Positions 11,862 through 22,112 of a DNA stretch of 64,000 bases are shown here, piece after piece. This DNA comes from Candidatus Melainabacteria bacterium SSGW_16. GTDB lineage: Bacteria; Cyanobacteriota; Vampirovibrionia; 2-02-FULL-35-15. Made by a program: the position numbers and the translations under genes. The notes under the pieces were generated by a model. The model was not told where the DNA came from and ran no database searches. It saw only the letters and a list, made by a program, of their open reading frames with translations. The stretch spans positions 688 to 64,687 of the forward strand of contig DUDS01000010.1 in the NCBI GenBank assembly GCA_004769085.1, written 5' to 3'. How positions within the stretch are numbered: position 1 is the stretch's first letter; each line of letters begins with the position of its first letter.

Positions 11862-12542
11862 TTATTTATATAAATTACTTTCAGGAGCTGCGATTATATT
11901 TTCTTCATCTGTTTTTCTTTCCTGTAGTTCCACATTTTTGTTATTACCCTCTCTAAGTTTTAACTCTTTATTCATAACAATATAATTTGTCCCGCTGTCT
12001 TCCTCCCGGCATATAAACCTGAAAATAGTTGGGGGCTGATTTAAAAATTTATCCACAAACAATAACAAACTTAAACCATCTCCAGGATATATTACATATG
12101 TCCTTCCAGGAGCCAAAAAACTACTGTTATCTGCAAAGTTAGAACTATTTCTTTTAAATGAACCCACCGATCTAACAGTACTTGCAGCAGTTCTTGCAAT
12201 CCCTCCAAAAGCAAGTGATGCTGCACCAGCAGCAATATTAAGAACAGCAAGTTTATTTTTATTAGATTTATCCTTAACCAAAGAATTAACTTCAGCAATA
12301 TTGCTATAGCTTACACCCAAATCTATGCTGTATCCTGGGACAGAAAATGTTTTATCAGATCTATTTTCAAAATATATTTCATACAAATCAAATCTCTTGG
12401 AAATTGCATGGTGTAAAGGTACATCATCAATTACTCTTATATCGTATTCCAACCCATCAACCTTCTCAATACTGGGAAAAACTGGCAGCTGCAATAATAA
12501 AAAGCAAAATATTAAAACAACAATTTTAAAGCATTCTGTCAT
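11862..12542 (-). CDS. hypothetical secreted protein
   Basis: Signal-peptide-like N-terminus; no family recognised. Confidence 0.5.
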   Translation of the reverse strand: MTECFKIVVLIFCFLLLQLPVFPSIEKVDGLEYDIRVIDDVPLHHAISKRFDLYEIYFENRSDKTFSVPGYSIDLGVSYSNIAEVNSLVKDKSNKNKLAVLNIAAGAASLAFGGIARTAASTVRSVGSFKRNSSNFADNSSFLAPGRTYVIYPGDGLSLLLFVDKFLNQPPTIFRFICREEDSGTNYIVMNKELKLREGNNKNVELQERKTDEENIIAAPESNLYK

Positions 12543-12592
12543 AAAAGTATTTCAATTCAGTCTCAATGTACTTAAATAATACCCAGTAATTT

Positions 12593-13615
12593 TTAACGAT
12601 TTCTTAAATCAGGTTTTAAGTCTGAGATCTTTATGGAAGCATTAATGTCAAAGCCTGTGCCAGTAACATAGCCCAAGACTTTTTTGGGAGAATCAGGATA
12701 CATGCTCCTGGCAAATTCAGAATCTTTTAAAGAAGATTCAGCCTTCTTTATCACCCCTTTTAATGGAATGTTTACAGTTTTGATACGAATAATGCCTTTA
12801 TTAATTTCAATCTCCTTAAACCCGCATGGAAAGACCACCGGACTTGGGCTTAATACATAAACTACATTTTGCAAAAGTTTAACACGGTTTAAATATGAGC
12901 CACCAGACAAAAGAAGGATTACCTGTGGATTTTTAGCCACAATATCAAAAAAACGTTTAGTAGATTCACCTGGAATTATACGGCCATCAGGATATATTAA
13001 AGGCTTGTGCAGAAGTACAATTGTTTTTGAATCCTGGTTCCCTGAAAGGTTTTTACTAAACCATTCCAGTTGTTTATTTGCTAAATGACTTTTTAAGAAA
13101 AACAATTCACTGTCAAGTCCAATAAAATTATAATTTTTAAATTTATATGACCACCAATAATCATTTGCGCTAACTCCAAATGAATTTAATATGTTTAGCA
13201 AATCTTCCTTCTCCCTGGACATGATTTCATTTATTCCAAATATAAGGAGTATTTCAGATTTAATTTCACTAGCCATGTCCAGGAATAGTTGTAAGTAATC
13301 ACTCCCTGGCAAAAATGATTTTGCATCACGTGGTTTAAAGATGTTGTTGCCACCAAATATAACGATGTCAGGCTTAATTTGGAGATTAATTTGTCTTATA
13401 ATATCCTGAAAAACAGCCTGATTCTCATACAAAAGTATCCCTCTTTTCATCTCAACCAGATGCTTCTCTTTAAAACTAGCACCAGGCGTAGGATACAAAT
13501 TTAAATCAGTGATATATGCAAATTTGATTGAATTATGACTTACATTATTTTTAGCTATTGAGTAGCCTGTTGACAATAAGAAGGCTAAAAGAAATATAAT
13601 CAATATCTTTTTCAT
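12593..13615 (-). CDS. secreted calcineurin-like metallophosphoesterase-fold protein (motifs degenerate)
   Basis: Signal peptide; AYITDLNL, IVIFGGNNIF and LLHKPL resemble MPE motifs I, II and V, but His is replaced in motif I. Confidence 0.45.
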   Translation of the reverse strand: MKKILIIFLLAFLLSTGYSIAKNNVSHNSIKFAYITDLNLYPTPGASFKEKHLVEMKRGILLYENQAVFQDIIRQINLQIKPDIVIFGGNNIFKPRDAKSFLPGSDYLQLFLDMASEIKSEILLIFGINEIMSREKEDLLNILNSFGVSANDYWWSYKFKNYNFIGLDSELFFLKSHLANKQLEWFSKNLSGNQDSKTIVLLHKPLIYPDGRIIPGESTKRFFDIVAKNPQVILLLSGGSYLNRVKLLQNVVYVLSPSPVVFPCGFKEIEINKGIIRIKTVNIPLKGVIKKAESSLKDSEFARSMYPDSPKKVLGYVTGTGFDINASIKISDLKPDLRNR

Positions 13616-13686
13616 ATCAAGTTATTTATAATAAATCCATAGATAACCAAAACTTCAGATTATGCAGATAGTATTATAAATTAAAA

Positions 13687-16467
13687 ATGAAACTAAAAAG
13701 TAATATTTTAGTAATTTTAGGGTTATCTGCAGTATTTTCTTTAACATCAATGAATAAAAGCAAATCATTAGTACCAGTAAAAAAACCTGAAAGTTCTTCA
13801 ATAACTTTTATCACAGAAAAAAGCGGCATTAAGGAGTACAAACTAAAAAACGGACTAAAGATTCTTTTTAAAGTTAATCATTCAATACCACTTGTAACAT
13901 TTTCTGTATGGCAAAAAGCAGGTTCAAGAAATGAAAAAGAAGGTGAGTACGGACTTGCACACTTTCTTGAACATATGATGTTTAAAGGAACCAAGAAAAT
14001 CAAAAAAGGGCAAATATCAGAAATAATAAACAACCTTGGTGGTGTTTATAATGCGTTTACATCAATAGACTGTACTGTGTACTATGAAACGATTTCACCA
14101 AAACACCTGGAAAAAGTAATTGAGATTGAATCTGACAGATTTAAAAACTCAATTTTAGATGAAAGCGAGCTAAATCTTGAAAGAACAGTCGTATTGTCAG
14201 AGCTAGAAGGGGATTTAAATAATCCGGTAACACTTCTAGATCACACACTTAGATCAAAAGCTTATGAAATTAGTCCATATAAAAACCCAACCATAGGTTA
14301 TAAAGATGACATCAAAAATATTGACAGAAATAAAATGTATAATTTTTACAGCAAATATTACAGCCCTAATAATGCATCTATAGTGCTAGTTGGAGATTTT
14401 AATGAAGCAAAAGCACTTGGATTAATTGATAAATATTTTGGAAATATAAAGAACGAAAATCCGGGCAATCCAGATGATACTTTAAGAGACAATCCTCAGA
14501 CAAAAGAAAAGCATTTTAAGGTCAAAAGAGCTGGCACATTTAAACTGGTAGAAATTGCATATCATACAGTTGATGCCAAACACGGAGATATTTACCCATT
14601 AAATATAATCGAGGAAATATTAATCAAGGGAAATAAAAGCAGGCTAAGGAAAGCTTTAGTTGAAAAAGGATTTGCTACAGATATATCAGGTGGTGCTGAG
14701 ATAAATGCTGATCCGGGATTATTTTACATTCTTGTTTCACTTACACCAAAAGCATCTCATGCAAAAATAAAAAAAATAATTTTAAGTGAAATTGATAAAT
14801 TAATCTCAAATCCACCGACCGAGAAAGAAATCAATGCAGCAAAAAACAGAATTAAAGCAAGTTATTTATTTGGAATTGATGGAACTTTACATCAGGTATT
14901 AAATATCGGATATTTTGAAATCATAAATAACTGGAAACAGTCCATTACCTGGACAGATGAAATATCAAGGGTGAAGCCGGAAGATGTGGAAAATGCATTA
15001 AAAATTTATTTCAAAAAGGGAAACAGAACTATTGGCTATTTTATTCCAAAAATACAAAAAGGAATGAAGTATGAGGCGCAACCTTTAAGTATAAGCCGCT
15101 CACAACACTATACAAAACCAAAACAAGCTCCCTCAGTAACTAATTCAAAAATATCAAACAGCACTAACAAGTTTAACTTTACATACACAAAAAGAAATCT
15201 AAAAGATGGTTCCACTATTGTGGTATATAACAAAAATGATCTGCCAGTAACATATATTTCAGGTGTAATAAAAGGAGGAAGCAGTTTAATACCAAAAGAA
15301 AATGAACTTAATTGTGAAATTATTTCACGAACCTTGGAAAAGGGAAGTAAAAACTACACAAAAGATCAGATAGAAGAACTTCTTGATTCTACAGGTTCAG
15401 AAGTTGATTTTTCATGCGATGAAGAATCCTTTAAATTTAAAGCTGCCACTATAAACGACAACTTAACGGAGACTATAAATCTTTTAACAGATTTACTTAA
15501 CAACCCTGTACTAACAGAAAAAGAGGTTAAAAATGAAAAAGAAAGATTAATAGCTGAAATTATTGAAACTAAGGATAATCCTCAGGAAATTGCAAGAAGA
15601 AGATTTACACAGCTCATATACCCTAAAGACCATCCATATTATTCAAATGATTTCGATACAGATATAAAACTAATTAGAAAGATAAACAGAGAGTCATTAA
15701 TTAAAGATCATGAAAAATTAGTAAAAAACAACAGAGCGATAATTACTATAGTTACAAACTTAAATCAAAAAGAACTTAACCGCTTAATTAAACAAATTGA
15801 AAAGGGATTATATACCAGTGCAAAAAAAGAAGAAGTTGCTATAAAAATACCTGATACTTTACTAAGAGAGAACACTAAATCAGACAACATAGTAATTAAG
15901 GACAAAACACAAACTGATGTTTTTCTTGGGCATGCAGGAAATATAAACAGAACCAGTCCTGATTTTTATAAGGCACATATTGCAAATTATATATTCGGTG
16001 GAAGTTCACTTGCAAGCAGACTCAGCAAGGTTGTAAGAGACAATTCAGGGCTTGTTTATACAGTCTATTCTTATATCAGTGCTTCATACGGAAAAGGAGA
16101 ATTTGGAATTTATTTTGGTTCAAATCCTGAAAATGTAGATAAAGCAATTGAACTAATTAAAGAGGAATATCATAAGTTTGTTGAAAAAGGAATTACAGAA
16201 GAAGAGCTTAGAAAAGCTAAAGCCTCATTAATTGACTCATTTATTTCAAGAAACCTTTCAACAAATAAAAACATTGGAAGCACTTTCGCAGGAATAGAAT
16301 TCTATGGTCTTGGACAAAACTATATAAATAATTATCCTCAGATAATCAATTCACTTAAACTAAAAGAAATAAATGTCACAATAAAAAAATATTTTTATCC
16401 CGACAAATTAAATACAGTTACAGCAGGAGAATATAAAAAAGTTGATAAAGAATCAAGCACAAATTAA
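13687..16467 (+). CDS. M16-family zinc peptidase (insulinase/pitrilysin-like, duplicated M16 modules)
   Basis: Inverzincin motif HFLEHMMFKGT; 926 aa with two M16 halves; signal peptide. Confidence 0.85.
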   Translation: MKLKSNILVILGLSAVFSLTSMNKSKSLVPVKKPESSSITFITEKSGIKEYKLKNGLKILFKVNHSIPLVTFSVWQKAGSRNEKEGEYGLAHFLEHMMFKGTKKIKKGQISEIINNLGGVYNAFTSIDCTVYYETISPKHLEKVIEIESDRFKNSILDESELNLERTVVLSELEGDLNNPVTLLDHTLRSKAYEISPYKNPTIGYKDDIKNIDRNKMYNFYSKYYSPNNASIVLVGDFNEAKALGLIDKYFGNIKNENPGNPDDTLRDNPQTKEKHFKVKRAGTFKLVEIAYHTVDAKHGDIYPLNIIEEILIKGNKSRLRKALVEKGFATDISGGAEINADPGLFYILVSLTPKASHAKIKKIILSEIDKLISNPPTEKEINAAKNRIKASYLFGIDGTLHQVLNIGYFEIINNWKQSITWTDEISRVKPEDVENALKIYFKKGNRTIGYFIPKIQKGMKYEAQPLSISRSQHYTKPKQAPSVTNSKISNSTNKFNFTYTKRNLKDGSTIVVYNKNDLPVTYISGVIKGGSSLIPKENELNCEIISRTLEKGSKNYTKDQIEELLDSTGSEVDFSCDEESFKFKAATINDNLTETINLLTDLLNNPVLTEKEVKNEKERLIAEIIETKDNPQEIARRRFTQLIYPKDHPYYSNDFDTDIKLIRKINRESLIKDHEKLVKNNRAIITIVTNLNQKELNRLIKQIEKGLYTSAKKEEVAIKIPDTLLRENTKSDNIVIKDKTQTDVFLGHAGNINRTSPDFYKAHIANYIFGGSSLASRLSKVVRDNSGLVYTVYSYISASYGKGEFGIYFGSNPENVDKAIELIKEEYHKFVEKGITEEELRKAKASLIDSFISRNLSTNKNIGSTFAGIEFYGLGQNYINNYPQIINSLKLKEINVTIKKYFYPDKLNTVTAGEYKKVDKESSTN

Positions 16468-16929
16468 ATGAGTTTATTTAATAAACAAATAGTAGTTATT
16501 GGAAGCGGGACAAAAGATAAAATTTTAGAAAAATTTGCATATGAAACCGGTGCAGAAATTGCAAAGGCTGGTTATGTACTGGTATGTGGCGGTAAGGGTG
16601 GAATCATGGAAGCAGCCTGCAAAGGTGCAAAAGGACAGGGTGGTTTAACAGTTGGTATTCTCCTGGAAGGACAAGCAGAGCATGGGAATAAATACCTAGA
16701 TATAGTTATTCCAACCGGTCTGAACCATTCCAGAAACTATATTGTTCAGAATTCAGGCAAAGCAGTAATTATGATAGGTGGAAGCTATGGAACATTAAGT
16801 GAATTAGCATATGCTTTGCTCTATAACAAAAAGATTATTGCACTTAAAAGCAAATGGGCAAAAATAGATAAAAAAATAATTATTGCAAAAAATGCTAAGG
16901 ATGCTGTAAAGAAAGCAATCTCAATCTAA
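16468..16929 (+). CDS. LOG/TIGR00725-family Rossmann-fold protein
   Basis: VCGGKGGIMEA and IGGSYGTLSELAY (PGGxGTxxE-like) motifs; start overlaps the upstream stop (TAAATG). Confidence 0.7.
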   Translation: MSLFNKQIVVIGSGTKDKILEKFAYETGAEIAKAGYVLVCGGKGGIMEAACKGAKGQGGLTVGILLEGQAEHGNKYLDIVIPTGLNHSRNYIVQNSGKAVIMIGGSYGTLSELAYALLYNKKIIALKSKWAKIDKKIIIAKNAKDAVKKAISI

Positions 16930-19788
16930 ACCTTCAACTGCCTTTGCACAAGCCACACAAACACTTTTATGTTTTAAATCCTGACCTATATCAGTGGAAT
17001 ACTTCCAGCAGCGGGGACATTTTGTGCCGTCAGCCAGATCAACGACTACCCAATTATTTGCCAACTCCATAATTTTTTTAGAGTCAAATGTATGGTTTTT
17101 TATATCATCATTTAATTCATGGATTATAACTTTAGACACTATAAAAATTAATGATAATTCATTCCTTTCTGTATTTTCATACTCTTTTTCCAATTTATAC
17201 CAAAACTCATTTTTCGGGAATAAATGAACTTTTGTTTCTGTAGATTTGCCAACTAATCCTTCTTGTCTTAATTCTTCTATTTTTCCCAAGATACAATCCC
17301 TAAGCCAATTTACATTATTAAATCCATAATCACTATTCAAATCAGTATTAATCAAAGGCCAATTTAAAAATATCGGTGAATTCATATTTTTATTTAAACC
17401 TAATGGGAAGTGATTCAATATATCTTGAACAAGATGAGGCATAACAGGATAAAGCATTGGCACTAAAGCTCCCAAGATTTCTTTTAGAACAAACTGAACA
17501 GCCTGCCTTGATGACTTTTTCCCTGTATAAAGACGGTCTTTGACAATATCAAAATAAACCCTTGATAAATCAACTGCACAATAATTTTGAAGTATTTGAT
17601 AATACCTATAAAACTCATATTTTTCAAAAGCTTTTGTAATTTCATCTTTTATTTTTTCAAGCCTGTAAAGTGCATATTTATCAACACTCCACAATTTTTC
17701 ATATTGAATTTTATCTTTAGATTCATCAAAATCATACAAATTACTTAAAATAAATCTTGCAGTATTTCTAATATTTCTATAAACCTCAGCCAGTTGCTTA
17801 AGCATATTCTGACCAATTCTCATATCAGAAGAATAGTCAGTACTGGCAACCCAAAGTCTTAAAATATCAGCACCATACTCACTAATTACTTTTTCAGGAT
17901 CAACTACATTACCTGTTGACTTTGACATTTTTCTGCCGTTTTCATCCAGGACAAAACCATGAGTAAGAACTGTTTTATATGGTGCTTTATCGTTAATTGC
18001 TACAGAAGTTAAAAGTGAAGACTGAAACCATCCTCTGTGTTGATCACTGCCTTCTAAATACATTACATCTCTAATTCCTTTTAGTTCTTCCCTTTGGTCA
18101 ATTACTGAATAGTGAGTTGAGCCTGAATCAAACCAGACATCCATAATATCTGTCTCTTTTTTAAAAGTTGTATTTCCACATGAGCATTTGTAATCTGGAG
18201 GTAAAAGTTCATTTGAATCTTTTTCCCACCAAACATTTGTACCTTTTTGTTCTACAAACTTTGCAACATTTTCAATGATAATTTTATTCAAATGTTCTTT
18301 ATTACACTTTAAACAATAAAAAGCTGGAATTGGCACACCCCATACACGTTGTCTGCTTATACACCAATCTGTTCTGCCTTCAACCATTGAATAGATTCTA
18401 TTCCTACCCATTTGAGGTATCCATTTAACTTTGTCAATTTCCTCAAGTGCTCTTTGTCTAAATTTTTCAACACTGCAAAACCATTGTTCCGTTGCACGAA
18501 ACATAATAGGAGTTTTTGATCTCCAGCAGTGAGGATAACTGTGATAATAATCTTCCTGATGGATTAAAGCTCCTACTTGAGATAAAAGTTCAATAACTTT
18601 TTGATTGCCGCCCTTATGAGCATATAAACCTTTTAAGTTCTCACCGGCTTCTTCTGTTAATAGTCCCTTAGAATCAACAGGTGAAATAACTTTAATTCCA
18701 TATTTCTGAGCTACAGAAAAATCTTCCAGACCATGTCCTGGAGCAGTATGCACACAGCCAGTACCTGTTTCTAAAGTTACATGCTCACCCAATATTATTG
18801 GGCTTTCTCTCTCATAAAACGGATGCTTGCAAACAGTATTTTCTAAATCTTTTCCTTTTAAGCTTTCAATTACACTACACTCTTCACTAATCTTTTTATT
18901 GAACTCCGCTAAAAGATCTTTTGCTAATAAAAGATGTCCAAATTTTTGAGACTGTACAACCACATATTCAAAATCTTTATTTAAACAAACAGCCATATTT
19001 CCTGGAATCGTCCATGGAGTAGTAGTCCAGATCATTACTTTTAAATCTCTAAACTTTTCCAGTTTTTTTGCAGCGCGTGAAAGCTTAGTCACCTGAAATG
19101 AAACATATATGCTGGGCGATTTATGGTTTTCTACATACTCTACTTCAGCTTCAGCAAGTGCTGTTTGGCAGGTAGCACACCAAAAAACAGGCTTTAAACC
19201 CCTATAAATATAGTTCTTTTCAACCATCTCACCAAAAAGTCTGAGCTGAGCTGCTTCAAACTTTGGATCTATAGTCATATAAGCATGCTCCCAGTCCCCA
19301 AGCACACCTAGTCTTTTAAATTTTTCTTCCTGTAATTTTCTGTTTTTCATTACAAATTCAGTACATTGTTTCCTGATTTCTAAGGGATCAAGTAACTTAG
19401 CACCATCTTTTTTTTGCTCTTTTGAAATTGCACTTTCTATTGGCAGACCATGGCAGTCAAAACCCGGCAAATATGGGGAATAAAACCCACACAATGTTTT
19501 ATACTTGACTACAATGTCCTTTAAAATTTTATTTAAAGCAGTCCCAATGTGAATATTTCCAGAACTAAGATATGGCGGACCATCATGAAGAAGAAATTTT
19601 CCTTTATTCTGTTTTTTCCTTTCTTCAAGCACCTTCTGATAAATATTGTTATCAAGCCAGGATTTCTGAATTTCCGGTTCGCGTCTGGGTCCATCACCCT
19701 TCATAGGAAAATCAGTCTGAGGAAGATTTAAAGTATTTTTATAGTCTGTTAGCTGGCTACTTTCACTCATGTTATTTATTTTTGTCAA
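16921..19788 (-). CDS. ileS: isoleucine--tRNA ligase
   Basis: HIGTALNKILKD (HIGH) and KMSKS motifs, zinc-binding C-terminus, 955 aa. Confidence 0.95.
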   Translation of the reverse strand: MTKINNMSESSQLTDYKNTLNLPQTDFPMKGDGPRREPEIQKSWLDNNIYQKVLEERKKQNKGKFLLHDGPPYLSSGNIHIGTALNKILKDIVVKYKTLCGFYSPYLPGFDCHGLPIESAISKEQKKDGAKLLDPLEIRKQCTEFVMKNRKLQEEKFKRLGVLGDWEHAYMTIDPKFEAAQLRLFGEMVEKNYIYRGLKPVFWCATCQTALAEAEVEYVENHKSPSIYVSFQVTKLSRAAKKLEKFRDLKVMIWTTTPWTIPGNMAVCLNKDFEYVVVQSQKFGHLLLAKDLLAEFNKKISEECSVIESLKGKDLENTVCKHPFYERESPIILGEHVTLETGTGCVHTAPGHGLEDFSVAQKYGIKVISPVDSKGLLTEEAGENLKGLYAHKGGNQKVIELLSQVGALIHQEDYYHSYPHCWRSKTPIMFRATEQWFCSVEKFRQRALEEIDKVKWIPQMGRNRIYSMVEGRTDWCISRQRVWGVPIPAFYCLKCNKEHLNKIIIENVAKFVEQKGTNVWWEKDSNELLPPDYKCSCGNTTFKKETDIMDVWFDSGSTHYSVIDQREELKGIRDVMYLEGSDQHRGWFQSSLLTSVAINDKAPYKTVLTHGFVLDENGRKMSKSTGNVVDPEKVISEYGADILRLWVASTDYSSDMRIGQNMLKQLAEVYRNIRNTARFILSNLYDFDESKDKIQYEKLWSVDKYALYRLEKIKDEITKAFEKYEFYRYYQILQNYCAVDLSRVYFDIVKDRLYTGKKSSRQAVQFVLKEILGALVPMLYPVMPHLVQDILNHFPLGLNKNMNSPIFLNWPLINTDLNSDYGFNNVNWLRDCILGKIEELRQEGLVGKSTETKVHLFPKNEFWYKLEKEYENTERNELSLIFIVSKVIIHELNDDIKNHTFDSKKIMELANNWVVVDLADGTKCPRCWKYSTDIGQDLKHKSVCVACAKAVEGLD

Positions 19789-20647
19789 TCATAGTCCCAA
19801 TACCTGAATCTGTAAATATTTCAAGTAAAATTGAATGTTTAATTCGTCCATCAATAATATGAACAGCATCAACCCCGGATTTTATAGCCTCTATAGCAGC
19901 TCTGGTTTTTGGAATCATTCCACCTGAAATAGTTTTATTTTTTATTAATTTATCAGCATGTTTAGCAGATAATTTAGAAATTAAAGAAGAAGGTTTACTT
20001 GGATTTTGTAAAATACCTGGTGTGTCAGTAAGCAAAATTAGTTTTGCAGCTTTAAGGGCAGAAGCAAGACTGCATCCAACATTATCAGCATTTATATTAT
20101 AGTTCTGACCTTTCGAATCAGCTCCTACAGAACTAATGACAGGAATAAAACCACTATTCATTAGTGACAAAAGAACTGAAATATCAATCTTATCAACCTC
20201 GCCAATATAACCATATTTTTTCATCCCGGCTGCAGGTTTTACAGAAAACAATTTCCCATCTTTACCGCACAACCCTATTGCTCTGGCACCGGAAACATTA
20301 ATCAAATTAACTAAATCCTTTTGCACTTTTCCAACAAGCACCATTTCAACAACTTCCATGGTTTTTTTGTCAGTCACTCTATACCCCTGAACAAACTTTA
20401 CAGGTAAATTAAGACGCTTTGACATCTCACTGATTTCAGGTCCGCCTCCATGAACAATTACAAGTTTTATTCCAACACAACTAAGAAGAACAAAATCCCT
20501 GATCGTTTCTTTTTTTAAAACCAGATCCTCCATAGCTGCACCACCATATTTAATTACAAATATTTTTCCGCTGAATCTCTGAATATATGGAAGTGCCTGA
20601 GATAAAACCTGGACACGTTGAGATGATTTGTTATTTCCTGAAGACAT
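19772..20647 (-). CDS. argB: acetylglutamate kinase
   Basis: VIKYGGAAM motif, amino-acid kinase fold, 291 aa. Confidence 0.9.
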   Translation of the reverse strand: MSSGNNKSSQRVQVLSQALPYIQRFSGKIFVIKYGGAAMEDLVLKKETIRDFVLLSCVGIKLVIVHGGGPEISEMSKRLNLPVKFVQGYRVTDKKTMEVVEMVLVGKVQKDLVNLINVSGARAIGLCGKDGKLFSVKPAAGMKKYGYIGEVDKIDISVLLSLMNSGFIPVISSVGADSKGQNYNINADNVGCSLASALKAAKLILLTDTPGILQNPSKPSSLISKLSAKHADKLIKNKTISGGMIPKTRAAIEAIKSGVDAVHIIDGRIKHSILLEIFTDSGIGTMIDKNK

Positions 20648-20659
20648 AGAATATTTATT

Positions 20660-21364
20660 TTAACCCTTCTTTTGTAAACATTTCAATGCATTTTTAGCAG
20701 CAACCTGACTTGCATCCTTTTTATTCTTACCTTTTCCCCTTCCAAGCTCAGTCTTGTTGAGGAATACGCTTACTTCAAACGATTTGTTATGGTCAGGTCC
20801 ACTTTCAGAGACTGTTATATACTCAGGCAATCCAACTTTATTAGCCTGTGTATATTCCTGAAGCATAGCTTTATAGTTACCCTTTTCAACATTAAAAGAA
20901 ACCTCTTCAATGGAATTTTTCCAGTATTTTAATATAAAGTCCCGTGTTTTATTACTGCCACATTGATAGTAAATCACAGCAAGAAGAGCTTCTAGTGCAT
21001 CTGCAAGGACTGAAACAGGTGTTGATTTCATTTCTCCTTTTCCAAGCAGAATATATTTTTTTAACCCAATGTCACTAGCAATCTCCGATAACACTTTTTC
21101 ACTTACTACATAAGCCCTGAGTTTACTCAACTTACCTTCAGAGAAATCAGTATACTTATCCATTAAATGTTCACTTATAAACATCTTTAAAACAGCATCG
21201 CCAAAGAATTCAAGCCGTTCATTATCTTCTGTAGATTTAAGCTTCTTCTCTTTTATATATGAACCATGAGTAAGTGCATTGTTTAATAAATTAAAATCAG
21301 TTATAACTAAGCCAAGACTTCTGGCAAACTCTGAAAGTTGTTTAGTTCTATTGTCTAAAGGCAT
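20660..21364 (-). CDS. rnc: ribonuclease III
   Basis: ERLEFFGDAVL signature plus C-terminal dsRBD. Confidence 0.9.
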   Translation of the reverse strand: MPLDNRTKQLSEFARSLGLVITDFNLLNNALTHGSYIKEKKLKSTEDNERLEFFGDAVLKMFISEHLMDKYTDFSEGKLSKLRAYVVSEKVLSEIASDIGLKKYILLGKGEMKSTPVSVLADALEALLAVIYYQCGSNKTRDFILKYWKNSIEEVSFNVEKGNYKAMLQEYTQANKVGLPEYITVSESGPDHNKSFEVSVFLNKTELGRGKGKNKKDASQVAAKNALKCLQKKG

Positions 21365-21368
21365 GCAA

Positions 21369-21490
21369 AGCCTTTTTTACTAACCGCCTGCTCGTTCATA
21401 ATTCACTTCGCAGGCTTTCCAAAATGCATCTGATTGGTACTTCTTCTAACACAATCAAGATTTTACCGAATAAATCGGATAAAATCTTAC
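21369..21490 (+). repeat. intergenic repeat family, copy C
   Basis: TTTTACTAACCGCC...ATTTTACCGAATAAATCGGATAAAATCTTAC aligns to copy A; hairpin AAGATTTTA-..-TAAAATCTT with compensatory changes. Confidence 0.65.
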
Positions 21491-21586
21491 CTTGTAAATA
21501 GATTAATTCTAGATATTCCAATAGCCAGGTAATAAGCAAGTATCTTATACAGGATGTAAAATTCAAAAGGCAGCAAATAATGTAAT

Positions 21587-22066
21587 ATGAAACAAACTGA
21601 AGCAAGAAGGTTGAATTTAGAAATAGTTATCAGGCCACAAGCAAAGATTAAGTCTAGACAATGGTGGACTAACTCTTACAAAAAAATCAACCGGTTTCTC
21701 AATTTATATCTGCCTAAAAATAAATCGTTGTTTCTTAAAAGGAAGGGGTTATCCTTACTTGTAACAAATGATAAGGAAATACGGGATTTAAATAAAAGGT
21801 TTCGAAAAAAAAACAAACCAACTGATGTTTTATCTTTTCAACTTGAGAGGAAGAATCAAATAAAACAAAAATATCTGGGCGATATCATAATATCTGTAGA
21901 GACTGCAAGAAAACAAGCACATATAAAGGCGGTTAGCATTGATAAAGAGCTTAAAATGTTATTTATACATGCTTGTTTACATTTACTCGGGTATGATCAC
22001 ATGGCAAAAAAAGAAGCAAAGATCATGTTCTTACTACAGGAGAAAATTCTAGGCAAATGCTGTTAA
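21587..22066 (+). CDS. ybeY: rRNA maturation endoribonuclease YbeY
   Basis: HACLHLLGYDH metal-binding motif. Confidence 0.85.
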   Translation: MKQTEARRLNLEIVIRPQAKIKSRQWWTNSYKKINRFLNLYLPKNKSLFLKRKGLSLLVTNDKEIRDLNKRFRKKNKPTDVLSFQLERKNQIKQKYLGDIIISVETARKQAHIKAVSIDKELKMLFIHACLHLLGYDHMAKKEAKIMFLLQEKILGKCC

Positions 22067-22112
22067 CTTCCAAAGAAATGAGAGTTATAATTTGATTCGC
22101 TAAGTACTAAAA

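Noticed and set aside
21396-21605. 69-aa minus-strand ORF in the rnc-ybeY spacer
   Set aside because: It lies over repeat copy C and the ybeY promoter region. It is Cys/Leu-rich low-complexity sequence and likely spurious.
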